NCBI GenBank assembly: GCA_025594325.1
Contig: JANHCV010000007.1
Location: 1,612,001-1,676,000, forward strand
Direction: 5' to 3'
Length of the DNA stretch: 64,000 nucleotides
From: Blastocladiella emersonii ATCC 22665
Lineage: Eukaryota; Fungi; Blastocladiomycota
Positions 1 to 12,894 of the stretch are shown here, in pieces; position 1 is the first letter of the stretch, and the number at the start of each line of letters is the position of its first letter. The position numbers were made by a program, and so were the translations under genes. Below the pieces are notes generated by a model, which made no database searches, was not told the DNA's origin, and saw only the letters and a program-made list of their open reading frames with translations.

Positions 1-3000
1 GCCGCGTCGCTGTCGCTCCCGCGCCGCCCGAGATCGCCTACGCCTGTTCCGAGCCGGAGCCGCAGCGAGGGTACGCCGTCGCCGAGCCCGTCGCTCTCGC
101 GGAACCGCGGGTCGCGGAGTAGCGGCTTGTGGCTCGATGACCGCGGCGGCGCCGCCAGCGACGTCGTCAAGAGCCCGACGCCCCCGCCCGCGCCAGCGCC
201 GTCGCACCTCGACCCGCTCGAGCCCGCGTCTGTCATGTCGCTCCTCGGCATGAAACCGCCGACCCCGCCGCCTCAGCCGCCGCCCCCGCTCGTCATCCAC
301 CCGTCGATCCCCGTCGGCATCGCAGCCGGCGGCGCGCCCGTCGCCGCTTTCCCGCCGGCCCACGCGCCCGCGCTCGCCGCGGCCGCCGCCGCCGCCGCCG
401 CCGTTGCCGCGGACCCCGTCGGGAGCATGGCCTCCCTCGCAGGCTCCGCGTCCGCACTCACCACCGCCCACGGCCGCTCGCGCTCGCGCGCGCGCGCCCT
501 CTCCCTACAAACGCCCGACGCCGCGGCCCTCGTCCGGCTCGCCGCCGACTTCCCGTCGCTGTTCGCCGCGGCCTCCGCGTTTCCCGCGGTCCAGGCCGCT
601 GACAAGCTGCTCATGGACGAGGCGACGCGGTACCTCGTGCAGTCGCGCCACGCGAAAGCGGCGAAGTGGCACCGCACGCCCGACCGGTGGACTGATTGGG
701 TCGACGAGGAGCGCGAGCGGCGCGCCAAGACGTCGGCGTGTGCGACGTGGGCGGCGTCGGTCACGCCGCAGTCGCCGACGACGCCGACGACGCCCGGGTT
801 CGGCGCCGGTGTACGGGCCCGGAGTGCGTCACGCGGCGCGGCCAGTGGGGTTTCGTCCCCGCCCCCGCCGACGGCAGCGTACCCGCGCACCCGCCCGCGC
901 GCAGCCAGTTTTGCGGGCCCGTCGCACCCGATGCCCCCACCGCTCGCGGCCGCGCACCAGCCGGCGGCTGACCCTCCCGGCGCCGCGGGCGGAGCCGCGA
1001 ACCGCCGCCGCTCGTCCATCTCCGTGTCCCCGTCGCGCCGCCGGTCGCAGTCCAAGGACACGTCCCCGCTGCGCCGGCTGTCGGCCGACAACCTGCGGCA
1101 CAAGCGCCTCTCGCTCGCGTCGTCGTCGGTCACGCAGTTCAGTACCGCCGCGGGGACGATCCAGGGGAGTGTCGCCGACGACCTCGACTCGAGCGGGTCC
1201 GGGTCCGGGTCCGAGCCGCCGCACTCGCGCCGCGCGAGCGAGACACCGTTTCTTGACTCCGCGCACGCCCATTCCCGGTCGCGTTCCGGGCTCCTCGACT
1301 CGTCGTCGCTCGCGATCGCAGGAAGCGCGGTCCCGTCTGAACTCGATCTCGCGGCATCCGTCGCGCCCGCGGCCGCGATGACGCCCACCATGATCCACTC
1401 GGCCGCGGGGTCCGGGACCGGGTCGCCCGCGCACTCGGCCGAGGTCCGCGACCGCTCGCACGATCTCGAGGGGACGCGGATCGTTGAGGAGGAGGGCCGC
1501 GGGCGTGTCCTCGGGCGCCGCGCGAGTGGTGAGAGCCAGCCGAGTACCGCCGAGGGGAGCGGCGAGACGTACCCCGAAGAAGACGAGCAGGAGCAGCAAG
1601 CGCCGCCGTCGCGCCCCGCGTCGTCCACCCCGCAACCGCAGCCGGTCCTCCTGCAGGGCCTGTCGGACAAGTTCGCCCTGCTGAAACAGTCGGTCGACCA
1701 GACCATCGCGCGCAGCATGTCGCAGCTGTCGGCGATCGTCGAGGACGAGCTCAAGGACGGGTCGCCGCAGGGCGGCAGCGGCGAGGTCGCGCCCACCCCG
1801 CTCCTCCAGCTCCTCCTCAACCTCATCGGCGTCTCGCAAGCCATGATGGACGCGTCCCCGCGCGACCTCTACGACCACCCCGCCACGTGTTTCGCCATGG
1901 TCCGACGCATGCAGGCGCTGATTACCGCGGCGGGGCTCCCCGCGGGGTCGCTCGTCGGGCATTGTGTCTACGGGATCCTCATTGCAGCCGCGATGCTGTC
2001 CAAGCTCCTTGAGATCAAAGTCGCGGGGACTACGCAGCTCGGGGCCGCGGGCGCCGCTGACGGGACCTCGACCCGCGGCGGCGGACACGGCGGGGCGGGT
2101 GGGCACGGTGATGGTGCCGCTGTCGCGAACGCCTCGGCCAAGTCGACGGCCGGCATCTCCGAATCCGTCACCGCCGCCGGCACCGGGTACAGCGACTACC
2201 TGCTCATGACCAGCGACCTCAACTCGGCGTCGTCGTCCGGGTCCGGCTCGCTGAGCACGTCGACCTCGGCGTCCGCGTCGACTGGGTCCTCGGGATCGTA
2301 CGAGTCGACTACCTCGGCGTCCTCGTCGTTCTCGTCCGCGTCCGGTGGCAGTTCGCCGCCCAGCGAGCCGTCGGCAAGTGCCGCGGCGTCGGCGAACGCG
2401 AGCGGCGCGGATGACGACGAGCCTGGCGCGACCGACGCCGCTGCGCGGGTTGGCAGTGGGACGGGCAGCAACGCCAGCAGCGCGACGCGCCGGCGCCGCC
2501 GCCGCGAGAAGCGCGCCAACAAGCAGCCGCGCCCGCAGCAGCTCGCGTCCATGGCCGCGGCCGACCTCGCGGGCGGCGACACCGACGACGGGCTCGCCGA
2601 CGACGAGGCAGAGCACTACCTCGACCACGCCAAGACGGCGCGCGGGCGCACGCGCAGCCGCAGCATTGAGGGCCTCGACGCGGCGCGCGCGAGTATCCCG
2701 GCGCTCGACGTCGCGGGCGCCGTGCACCTCGAGCCCGTGTTCGACGTGCCTGCAACGCCTACTGCGGCGCCGACCGACCACAAGGCCAACTACGTGTTCG
2801 AGCTCACGCTCGACGCGCGGTTCCGCTACGTCGCGCCCATGTTCGCGCAGATGCTCGGCCAGGACCCGGACCACCTCCAGCACATGAGCTTGGGGGAGGT
2901 GTTCTCGCCCGTCGAGGAGGCCCTGTTCCGCGACGCCATCGCGCTCCTCGTCGAGTCCGCGTCCGTCGACGACCACGCCTCGGCCAACGTCCAGTTCACG

Positions 3001-6000
3001 GTCCTGCAGGGCGGGCGCGAGGTGCTGCTCGACTCCAAGGGCGTGCTCGTCCCGCAGCGCGGCGACGCGCTCCCGTACACGGTGTGGGTCGCGACGCGCG
3101 ATGTGACCACGGTCCTCTGCCACGTGTGCGAGCGCCGCGTCCCCGACTTCATGTTTGAGCTGCACACGCCCATGTGCGTCGACGTGCACAAGGCCGAGAT
3201 GGAGGTCGGGCTCGTCGTCGAGAACCTCCGGGAGCTCCACGGCGCACTCGAGCGGTTCCTCCCGCTCCCGCCCTCGCCCATGTCGCCCGCCGCCGCCGAG
3301 AGCCCCGTCGTCATGACGTACACGCCAGCGGCGTCTGCCGACGAGGCGTTTGCCCGCATGCTCATGGATATCGTCGTGGATGTGACGCGGATCAACCCCG
3401 AGGTCAACGACTTTAACTGCAACCTGCCCATCTGCGTCATGTACCTCCCCGCCGTGTACACGGCTTCAGCCACGGGCGCAGCGGCTGGCGGCGCCGACGC
3501 TCCGAGCGGCAGCGTGCTCGACCCCGCCTCGGGCACCGCGACCACGACCCCGACCGCGTCCGCTTTCGACCAGCCGCTCCCGATCCCGCACGACTGCTGC
3601 CCGCTGTGGGTCCCGACCTCGGTCGAGGGCTGGACAATCCCGCCCGACGCGCACCCGGACCTCGTCAGCCTGTCGCACGACCTCGCCGCCGTCATCACTC
3701 TGCTCCTCGAGGCCAACCAGCGGCTCCTCGCCGCGCGCCAGCGCCAGTGGAAGATCCTCCGCGAGGAGCAGGGGCACGAGGGGATTCTCCCGACCCCCGC
3801 CATGTTTGGCGCCTCGCCCGGGAATGGGGCGAGTGGGAACCGCAAGTCCCGCTCGCGCACCATGTCCAAGGCCAACCGCCGCACGCGCACCGCCGGCGGG
3901 TCCGAGATGGATGTGGCCGCCGTCGCCGACGCGTGGCGGTCCGGGTCGCAGACGATTGGCGAGCTCGATGAGGACGCGGACCAGGGTGGCGAGAAGCGCG
4001 TCCGCGGCGATCCGCCGACTGGCGGCGAGGCGGTCGCGCCTGATGCCGCTGACGACGAGGGCGACGAGCGGTCCCGCCAGGGCTCGCAGTCGACGGCGCG
4101 CACGCGGCAGAGTACCGCGCAGTACGTCGGTGTTGGCGACCTCGCTTCAACCGGTGGCGACGATTCCGGGTTTGCGGGCAGCGCGGCCAATGTCAAGAAG
4201 CACCGGCGCCGCCGTCGGCCGAGCGCCATCAACACGCTGCTCGGGTCGTCGGGCCGGTCGAGCTCGTCCAAGCTCAGCGCGGCGCCGCTGATCGGGTCGC
4301 CGCTGGCGTCGCCCAAGTCGATGCGCAGCACCACGGCGCCGTCGATCCGCGACTACGAGCTGGTCAAGCCCATTTCCCGGGGTGCGTTCGGCAGCGTGTA
4401 CCTGGCGCGCAAGATCATCACGGGCGAGTACTGCGCCATCAAGGTGCTGCGCAAGGCCGACATGATCGCCAAGAACCAGGTCACCAACGTCAAGGCCGAG
4501 CGCCTCATCCTCATGATGCAGCCCGACTCGCCCTTCGTCACCCGCCTCTACTGCTCGTTCCAGACCCGCGAGTCCCTGTACCTCGTCATGGAGTACATGA
4601 ACGGCGGCGACTGTGCTGCCTTGCTCAAGGCCGTCGGGTGCCTCCCCGAGGACTGGGCAAGGACTTACCTCGCGGAAATGGTGCTCATCCTCGAGTACCT
4701 CCACGGCATCGGGATCATCCACCGCGACCTCAAGCCTGGTACGCTTTCCTGAGTGCGAGTTTGTCTTTGAGCGCTGAACTGACTCGCTTTGCCACCGTAG
4801 ACAACTTCCTGATCCATCAGTCGGGCCACCTCAAGCTCACCGACTTTGGCCTGTCGCGCATCGGGTTCCTCGGCCGCCGCGAGCAGGCCGCGACCATCGC
4901 GAGCCCCGCCGGCACCACCTCGACGCCGAGCGAGTCCGCCGCCGCGCCAGCCGCATCCTCGTCGTCGCTCAGCGTCCCGCCCGCCACGACCGCGCTCGGC
5001 CGCCGCCGGTCCATGACCGAGCCGTACGGCGGTGGCGGGTTGAGCAGCGGCGGCAGCCTGCCCACGACCCCGCTCCTCGCCAACTACGTCCTGCACAGCC
5101 GCCGCAACTCGACGTGCCTGCCGCTGTCCGGCGACCCGCTCGCCCACGCGCCGCCGTCGTTCCTCAGCGCGGGCCGGTCCAACAGCGGCGGTGGCGGTAT
5201 GCACTCGGACGGGAACCTGTCGTCGCCCGAGTCTGCGCACGCGCCAGGGCAGCATGTTTCGGCGTCAGCCGCGTCCCTCACGTCGTCGGGCCTGCAGCTC
5301 ACCCCGCGCTCGATCGCCTCGCCGCGGGTAGAGCGCGAGCCGATCGACCCTAACTCGCTCAACGCGCCGATCCCGCCGCCCCCGCCGCCGCCGTCATCGT
5401 CGTCCATGACGATGCCCGGGCTCTCCCGGCTCACCGAGTCGCCCAAGGAGGAGGTTGGCAGCGAGGCCGCCAAGTCGAGCGAGAGCTCGCCCGCGTCGCT
5501 GCAGCAGCCGATTGGTCCCGCCGCCGCCGTCGACGACCTGACGGCGGCCGCGAGCGCCGCGAGCAAGCCGCACCGGTTCGTCGGCACGCCCGACTACCTC
5601 GCGCCCGAGAGCATCCTCGGGATCGGGCAGGACGACGCGACCGTCGACTGGTGGGCGCTCGGCGTCATCCTGTACGAGTTTCTGTTCGGGATCCCGCCGT
5701 TCCACGCCGACTCGGTCGAGGAGGTGTTCGAGAACATTTTGTCGCGCCGCCTCGAGCTCTCGGCCGACATGGACGAGGACGTGTCCCCCGAGGCCATTGA
5801 CCTCATCGACAAGCTGCTCACCATGGACCCCGAGCAGCGGCTCGGCGCCGGCGGCGCCCCCGAGGTCAAGGCGCACCCGTTCTTCAAGGAGGTCGACTGG
5901 GACACGCTGCTCGCCAAGACGCCCAACTTCATCCCGAAGCCGACGAGTCTCGAGGACACGGACTACTTTGACGACCGCGGCGTCGAGGCCATTGCGGGCG

Positions 6001-7943
6001 GGAACACACCGCGGTCGTCGACGGCGAGCGGCAGCACGGACCAGGCGCACTCGAGCCACGCCAGCGGCGGCGGCGGGTCCCGCTCCAGCGGCCGGCGCGA
6101 GCGCGGGCGCGAGCGGGAGAGCAGCAGCAGCCACCGTCTATCGGACCTGGACGGCGCGACGAGTTTCGGCAACTTCTCGTTCCGCAACCTCGACGTGCTC
6201 GAGAAGGCCAACATCGACACGGTGCAGCGGCTCAAGTCGGAGCAGCAGCAGTCCATCTCCAGCAGCATGTCCGGGCTCACGTCCGCGTCGTCGTCGTTCT
6301 CGTCGCTCCCGCTCTCGCCCGCGTCGCCGCTCATCTCCAACGCCGTGGGCCCCGCGGCGATGCAGCAGCAGGGCCGCCCGCGCTCCCGCTCCTCGTCGTC
6401 CACGCAGCCCCGCCGCCCGCGCGTCATCAGCTTCTCGGCCGGCGTGCCCACGGGCAGCATCCTGTCGCCGTACGAGTCGGCCGGCGGGAGCACCGGCCAG
6501 GTGCACTCGCCGCGGTCCGAGACGTTCGACTCGGACGCGTCGTCGTCCGCCGCGGACAGCCCCGTGGTTGGCAGCGTCGATACCGCGGGCCGCGCGTGGT
6601 CCAACTCGCCGCGGTTTGCCGCCGCTGCCGCCGCCGCCGCCGCGGGCACGTCGCCCGGATCCGCTGCCGCGGTTCCAGCGCCGTTCCCCGGCTCGTCCCC
6701 ACCGCGCCCGCCCGGGTACGCGCTCCCGTCGTCGTCGTCGGCCACGCCGCTGCAGCGGTCGCTGTTCTCGGGCCGCCAGCGCACCATGTCGCTGTCGTCC
6801 ATGGCGTCGTCGTCGTCGACCACGGGCGGCGGGACTGGGAGTGGGAGCGGGAGCAGTCTCGGCAGCCGCCCGCACGGCTTCGGCCCGCTCCCGATCCCGC
6901 CCCCACCCACCGCGTCCGAGCTCGCCGCGGGCGCCGCGTCTTCCTGCTCATCCACGCCGTCGACGCCCGGCAACGAGTTTGACGGGATGCCCCTGCCCAT
7001 GGGCTCGCGCGCGGCCGACGCCATGTCGGACACGGGCGGCGGCGGCGGGAGCGGGAACCAGAGCCCGCGGTCCCCGCCCGCGACCACGCTCAAGTTCGCC
7101 GCCGCCGCCGGCGCGTCCCCGCCGCAGTACTCGCCGCTCGCGCCCGTGTTCCCGCTCGCGAATGATACGACGGGCGGGAGCAGTGGCGGCGCGAGCGGGC
7201 TGCCGCCGTGGACGTCGTCGACGCCGCCCGTTGGCGGTGGAGGCGACAGCATGTCCGGGGCGGGCGCGGGGTCGGTCCCCGGCTCGCCCGTGCTCGGGAG
7301 CCCGCTCGCGCGGTGCGGGTCCGGGTTCGAGGCCGAGGGCGGCAGCCGCGACAGCCCGCTGTCGATTGCGAGTGCGCCGGTGCACTCGGACGCGCCGCCG
7401 TCGCTCGGGCTCAGCCAGCCGGTACAGCTTGCGGCGTCGCAGCACCATCACCGGCACCACCACGGCTCGGCGTCCGCGTCGCAACAGCAGCTGTCGTCGC
7501 GGCCCTCGTCGTCGTCGCAGCAGACGGCGCGGCGCGCGGCCACGGGCTCCGCGGTCTCGTCACGGCGCGACGGTCCCGTGCGCGTTCTCGTCGCCGACGA
7601 CAACCCGATCGCGTGCAAGATTCTGGAGACGATTCTCCGCCGGCTCGGCGCCATGTGCTGCGTGGTGTTCAACGGGGCCGAGGCGGTGCGGCTGGCGACG
7701 GGGTCGGTGCAGTTCGACATGATCTTCATGGACGCCGGGATGCCGATCCTGGACGGCGAGAACGCGGCGCGGATGATCCGGTCGACGGACAACGTGAACC
7801 GGTTGACGCCCATCATCGCCGTGACGGGCTACGAGCGCACGGCGATCGCGGGAAAGTACTTTAACGTGGTGCTGCCCAAGATGGTCAACAAGGCGCAGGT
7901 CGTTCAGCTGTTCCGCGACCACGGGCTGTTGCCGCCCGAGTAG
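1..7943 (+). CDS. RIM15: Rim15/Cek1/Greatwall-family Ser/Thr kinase with PAS-like, C2HC and C-terminal receiver (REC) domains; 5' end lies outside the window
   Basis: The frame is open from base 1. One intron, 4739..4800 (GTACGC...CTGAC...TAG), joins HRDLKP to DNFLI. Kinase motifs: [24 protein letters not shown], a long activation-segment insertion, then [11 protein letters not shown], and an AGC C-tail [12 protein letters not shown]-like segment [20 protein letters not shown]...H...C motif, and REC domain VLVADDN...IFMD...AVTG. Confidence 0.93.
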
Positions 7944-8257
7944 TGTCGGGACAGGCGCTGTTTTCGTTTTGGTTTGTCGTCATCTCTCATCACCCCCACA
8001 AGTGTATACCCCATCTCCCTCGAATCCTCCTCCCCCTCAGTCAAATATCATTGTTATATGCTACCCCATCCTGCTCTGACGGCTTCGGCAGCTTGCGGTC
8101 GGCGGTGGCGGATGCCGAGCGACCGAGGCGCGCGTGGTCGTGGACGCGTTGCGCCACACCGGCGTCACCGCTGGTCGCGACGTACTTCTTCGGGCGGCCG
8201 GCCCATCGAAAAGAAGAGAAGCAGAGGCGAGGGACACTGATTTATACACCGGTCGCC

Positions 8258-8777
8258 TCAGAACAAGCCCACCGACTTGGCCGCGCCGTGCATCGCGACG
8301 CCAAACAACGCAACGTAACTCGTGAACAGAATCGGCATCCCACGGACGCGCGCCTTGGGGCTCTCCTTGGCGTACCCGTGGATGTACACCTCGCGCCCCA
8401 CGACGTACGCGGCGGCGAGTCCCGCGGCGAGCTTCGGGTGGAACAGCCCCGCGAGGGCGGTGGAGAAGAGGACGTTGGGCAGCTGCTCGAGGTAGTTGAG
8501 CTGGACGCGGACGGCCGAGTTGAACTTGACCCAGTCCTTTTCGGACAGTTTCTGGGCGTAGATGCCGGTGCCCATGTCCGGGTACTCGACCTTGAGCTGC
8601 TTGCGCAGCGAGATCACGAAGCGCGAGGAGAGCTGGTACTGCAGCATGATGCCTAGGCGCGGGAGGAGGATGGGTTAGCGGTCGCCGTGCCTCGAGAGAC
8701 CGGCGAGGTGCGAGCGTACCGCCGAGACCGAGGATCACGTAGCCGTAATCGGCGGGGAGGGTGATGGCGGTCGACAT
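8258..8777 (-). CDS. MAPEG-family microsomal glutathione S-transferase (MGST3-like), 150 aa
   Basis: join(8777..8720, 8652..8258); intron 8653..8719 is GTACGC...CTAAC...TAG. The protein has MSTAITLPADYGYVILG, VEYPDM and FNSAVRVQLNYLEQLP followed by GREVYIHGY, with hydrophobic helices typical of MAPEG. Confidence 0.88.
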
Positions 8778-9332
8778 GGTGGTGTGTGGTGCTCGTGTGG
8801 TTGGTGGTCCGTTGCAGCGAGTTACGTCGCGTGTGCGACGCTCCACTTCTTATAGTGAAAGAGAAAGGCCGGGCTTGCGAATAGGCCCCGAGCACGAGTG
8901 CGCGAAGAAGCGCGTCGAACCGCTGGCCGCGGTCGTGGCCCAGTCAGCGCAGGACTCCTTGCTCCGTCAGCGTCAGCGTGCTCGCGTAAGCTGCTGCTCA
9001 GGCTGCTGCTGCTGCCCTTGACAGCCACGGCTCGCCACGTTGCGCTCTCTCGTGCCCTCGCGGCCTTAGCGGGGCTGCGGGACCCGCGGCGGCCGACCCG
9101 GGCGCGGCACCGATCGCGTCGCGCCACTCACACGGGCCGCGCGCTGCGCCCCGCTGGGCACCCCAAGGTCCAGTCAATCAACGCAATGAACCAAACGAAT
9201 ACATTCCAGTCACAGCTGCGCCCTCGGCGCGCTCGGGACCATCTCGACGAGCCTGCTCCCAGCCGCCTGCTCGTGCGCGCCGCCCGCCTCCGGCACCGCC
9301 ATAGCCTCGAGCGCATCCCCCGCGTCACCGAG

Positions 9333-10897
9333 TCACCGCATCGTGACGAGCTCCTCGGCGGCGGTCGGGTGGATCGCAACCGTGTTATCAAAGTCGGCCT
9401 TGGTCGCGCCCATCTTGACGGCGACCGCGAACCCCTGCATCGCCTCGTCGGACCCGAGCCCGATGATGTGGACGCCGACCACCTTCTCGTCGCTGCCGGC
9501 GCACACGAGCTTGTACAGCGTCGCGGGCTTATCGGTGAGCGACCCGTCGGTGCCCGTCAGCGTGTAGTACATGTTGATGAACCGGGACGTGTACACCTTG
9601 ATCTGGTCGTCGCCGATCTTGGCGCGCGCCTCGGTCTCGGTGAGCCCGACGGTGCCGATCGGCGGGTGCGAGAAGACGACCGTCGGGATGTTCGTGTAGT
9701 CGAGCTTGCTGTTCGCGAACTGCGGGCCGCCGAACAGGCGGTCCGAGAGGCGACGGCCGGCCGCGATGGCCACGGGCGTGAGCTCCGCGACGCCGCACAC
9801 GTCGCCGAGGGCAAACACGTTGGGCTGGCCCGTCGCCTGCCACTCGTCGACGACGACGTGCCCAGTGCGCGTCTGCGCGACGCCGGTGGGGAGCTGCAGG
9901 CCGCCGACGGCGGGCTCGCGGCCCGTCGCGAACAGGATCTCGTCGACGTCCGTCAGCGTCGAGTCCTCGCCCGACTTGCTGTCGTGCAGGGTGACGGTGA
10001 GGTTACGGCCAGCGTGGAACTTTTCGCCGTGGGGCTCGCCGCCGGCCTGGATGCCCGTGACGTGCGAGTTGTACACCATGTCGACGCCGGACTTGGCCAT
10101 GGCGTCGCGCAGGAAGCCCTGGATCGAGTGGTCAAAGGTGCGCAGGATCGTGTCGGAGCGGGAAACGAGGTGGACGTGCGACCCGAGCGCGTGCAGCATG
10201 CCGGCGAGCTCGACGCCAATGTAGCCCGTGCCGACGACCACGATCTTCTTGGGCACGTAGGTCAGCTCGAAGAAGCCGTCGGACGTGATGCTGTGCTCGG
10301 CGGCGCCCGGGATCGAGGGAGGGACGAAGGGGCGGCCGCCCGTCGCGATGAGCACCTTGGCCGCCTCGATCTCCTCCTGCACCTGGCCGTTCTTGTCGAG
10401 GATCTCGAGCGTGATCGGCCCCTCCTCACTCGCCGCGCCACCGGCCTTGAACCGGCCGAACCCGCCGATATGCGTGACGCTGTCCTTGTTGAGGTTGGCG
10501 TGGTAGATGCCGTTGAGGCGGGTGACGTAGGCGTCGCGCATCTCCTTGAACCGCTTGTAGCTGAAGTCGCCGCCCTCGGTCGTCGCGGTGGGCGCGGCGG
10601 TGCGCAGGCCGTACCGGCGCGCGTCCTCGCGCAGCACGTCGAACATGTGGGCCAGGTTGAAGGTCACCTTCTTGGGCACGCACCCGCGGATCACACAGGT
10701 CCCGCCCAGACGGTCCGCCTCGACGATCGCGACCTTCTTACCGTACGACGCCGCGCGCCGGCCGGAGCCGAGGCCGCCGGAGCCGCCCTAGATGGTGGTG
10801 TTGGGGGAATTTGAGCGCGCGCGATCGGGATCGATGAGGGAGGCAGGAGCGGACGTACGCCGAGGACGACGTAGTCGAAGATGCGCTTAGCGGCCAT
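9333..10897 (-). CDS. GLR1: Glutathione reductase, 497 aa
   Basis: join(10897..10859, 10787..9333); intron 10788..10858. FAD motif FDYVVLGGGSGG, redox motif [18 protein letters not shown] motif [20 protein letters not shown], and C-terminal [16 protein letters not shown]. Confidence 0.95.
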
Positions 10898-11484
10898 GGT
10901 TACGTGGTGATGTTGCAAGTGGTTTACAGCTACGTTGCATCAAGTGGCGGGCAGGGCCTTCTTGTACGAAGCGTGCGAAGAGAGAGGGAGTGCGGGCGAG
11001 CGAGGCCTGCACTGGGCCTGCACCGCCGACGCGGATCAGCGGACGGCGCGATTTGTCATCCTCCCCCACACCACACGTGCGGTTGAACACCGCCCCTCTC
11101 GCTCTCGGATGGCGCGACTCGGCCCAGAATAACGCGAAAGTACGCTGCTGTAGCTGCTGAGTAACTGAGCAGAGGACTGGGGGCCAGGACTGCTCCGGAG
11201 GCCTGATCGAAGCGTGATCCGGCTCGGAGAAGGCCGCAGGAGCACGCGTGAGAGCCTTGTTGTGCGATCCACCGGCGCTCGGATGATGCGAGGCAGCGGG
11301 AGACGCGAGGAGAGGAGGCGGAGGCGGCCGCGAAGCATGCGGCTCAACGCGACGCTTGTTCCTGAACGGCGCGTCTGTGGGCGAGCGAGCCACACGAGTT
11401 TGTTCGACCTCGTCTCTCGCTTCGCTTCTCCCCTCTCAACACGCATGTAACAGCCCCAGAAGGCCTCAGAGAACCATTGACACG

Positions 11485-12308
11485 ATGCAATACGCCCCGA
11501 TCCGCCTCTTCATCTCGCGCATGTGCCCCTACGCGCAGCGGTACGTTGGCCTTCACCGTCCGCCGCCACCGCCTCAACTCACGCCGCCATCCGGCCCTCA
11601 GCACGACGCTCGCACTTGCCGAAGCCAAGGCCATCACTGGCGTGACGTCGGGCGTGTACTCTAGCGGCGCGCTCGAGCTCGTCGAGATCAACCTGCGCGC
11701 CAAGCCCGAGTGGTACCTGCGCGGCGTGAACCCGTCCGGCAAAGTTCCCGCCATGGAGATCACGCACGCTAATGGGGGAAAGGAGGTGCTCGTCGAGTCG
11801 CTCCCGATCGCGCGCTTCATCCTCGAGCTGCTCGACGCCCCGCAGCTCACGGGCCTGACGCCGCTCGAGCGGTACCGCGCGGCCATCTTTGTCGACGTGG
11901 TCAACGCCGCGTTCGTGCCCGCCTTCTACGCGCTGCTGCGCGAGAAGAATGCCGAGATGCAGCCTGCCGCTGCCAAGAAGCTGCTCGAGGCCGTCGCCAA
12001 GGTCAGCGCCGCGCTCCACCCGCAGGGGCCGTACGCGACGGGCGAGCAGTTCAACTGGGCGGATATCGCATCGGCGTCGTTCATGGTCCGCCTCAACGGT
12101 ACGTCGTTGGGATTTAGATGACGCTTCGCGGCTGACACCAGGCCCGGATCTAGTCCTCGAGCACTACCGCGGGTTCACGGTCCCCGACGCGCCCGAGTAC
12201 GCCGCCTTCCACCGCTACGCCGCCGCGCTCAAGGCCCACCCGAGCGTCGCCATGACCACGGCCTCGCTCGACGAGCTTGTCGCTTTCTACGCGGTCATGG
12301 CCCTCTGA
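11485..12308 (+). CDS. Soluble glutathione S-transferase, omega/DHAR-like (Cys active site CPYA), 235 aa
   Basis: join(11485..11540, 11602..12098, 12154..12308); both introns are GTACGT...AG. Motifs: MCPYAQR, KPEWYLRGVNPSGKVPA, LVESLPIARFI and N-cap FNWADI. Confidence 0.9.
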
Positions 12309-12453
12309 TCGCCAAGTCGAGAACGGTTTCGTAACGAAGGGTGGTGATATATATTCATATTTACATTCATCTCGCTTCTCACGCGGCTTCGTAGTTCGAT
12401 GTGCAGGCACGTACGAGACTGACGCTGGCTGCGAATAGCGAGGGTCGGCCGTC

Positions 12454-12894
12454 CTAGTCGACGGACGTGCCATGGGCCGGCGAGATCTCGCTCGACTCCT
12501 TGGTTTCTTCTTCTTGTTGCTTGTACAGGTTGAGCAGGCTCATGATGTAGTGATCGGCCAGCGAGACGCACGCAGCGTCCGCGGCAGGGCCCGAGGTACG
12601 GGCTTCCTTGGTGTGCGACTGACACCCGGAGACCGCAGCAGGAGCAGAGCTCGTGACAGCGGTCGCGTCGGGGTCGTCGGTGTTGTTGGCGGGGACGGGG
12701 GCGAGGGACTTGAAGAGTGGCGGAGGCGCGCCGTCCTCAAGGTCGACGCGGAAGTCGAGCGTGGTGGCGCCACAGTCGCCCGCGGCTGCCGCGACCTCGT
12801 AGGTTTCGTCTTGGTCGTTCCACGGCATGTAGTCAGCCCATTCGGTGCCGGTGTTGCTGTAGGTGTTGCGCAAAGTCGTGGCCGTTTGATTCAT
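12454..12894 (-). CDS. Hypothetical small acidic protein (about 146 aa)
   Basis: ATG-started ORF MNQTATTLRNTY...; no recognisable family motif; may be non-coding. Confidence 0.3.
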   Translation of the reverse strand: MNQTATTLRNTYSNTGTEWADYMPWNDQDETYEVAAAAGDCGATTLDFRVDLEDGAPPPLFKSLAPVPANNTDDPDATAVTSSAPAAVSGCQSHTKEARTSGPAADAACVSLADHYIMSLLNLYKQQEEETKESSEISPAHGTSVD

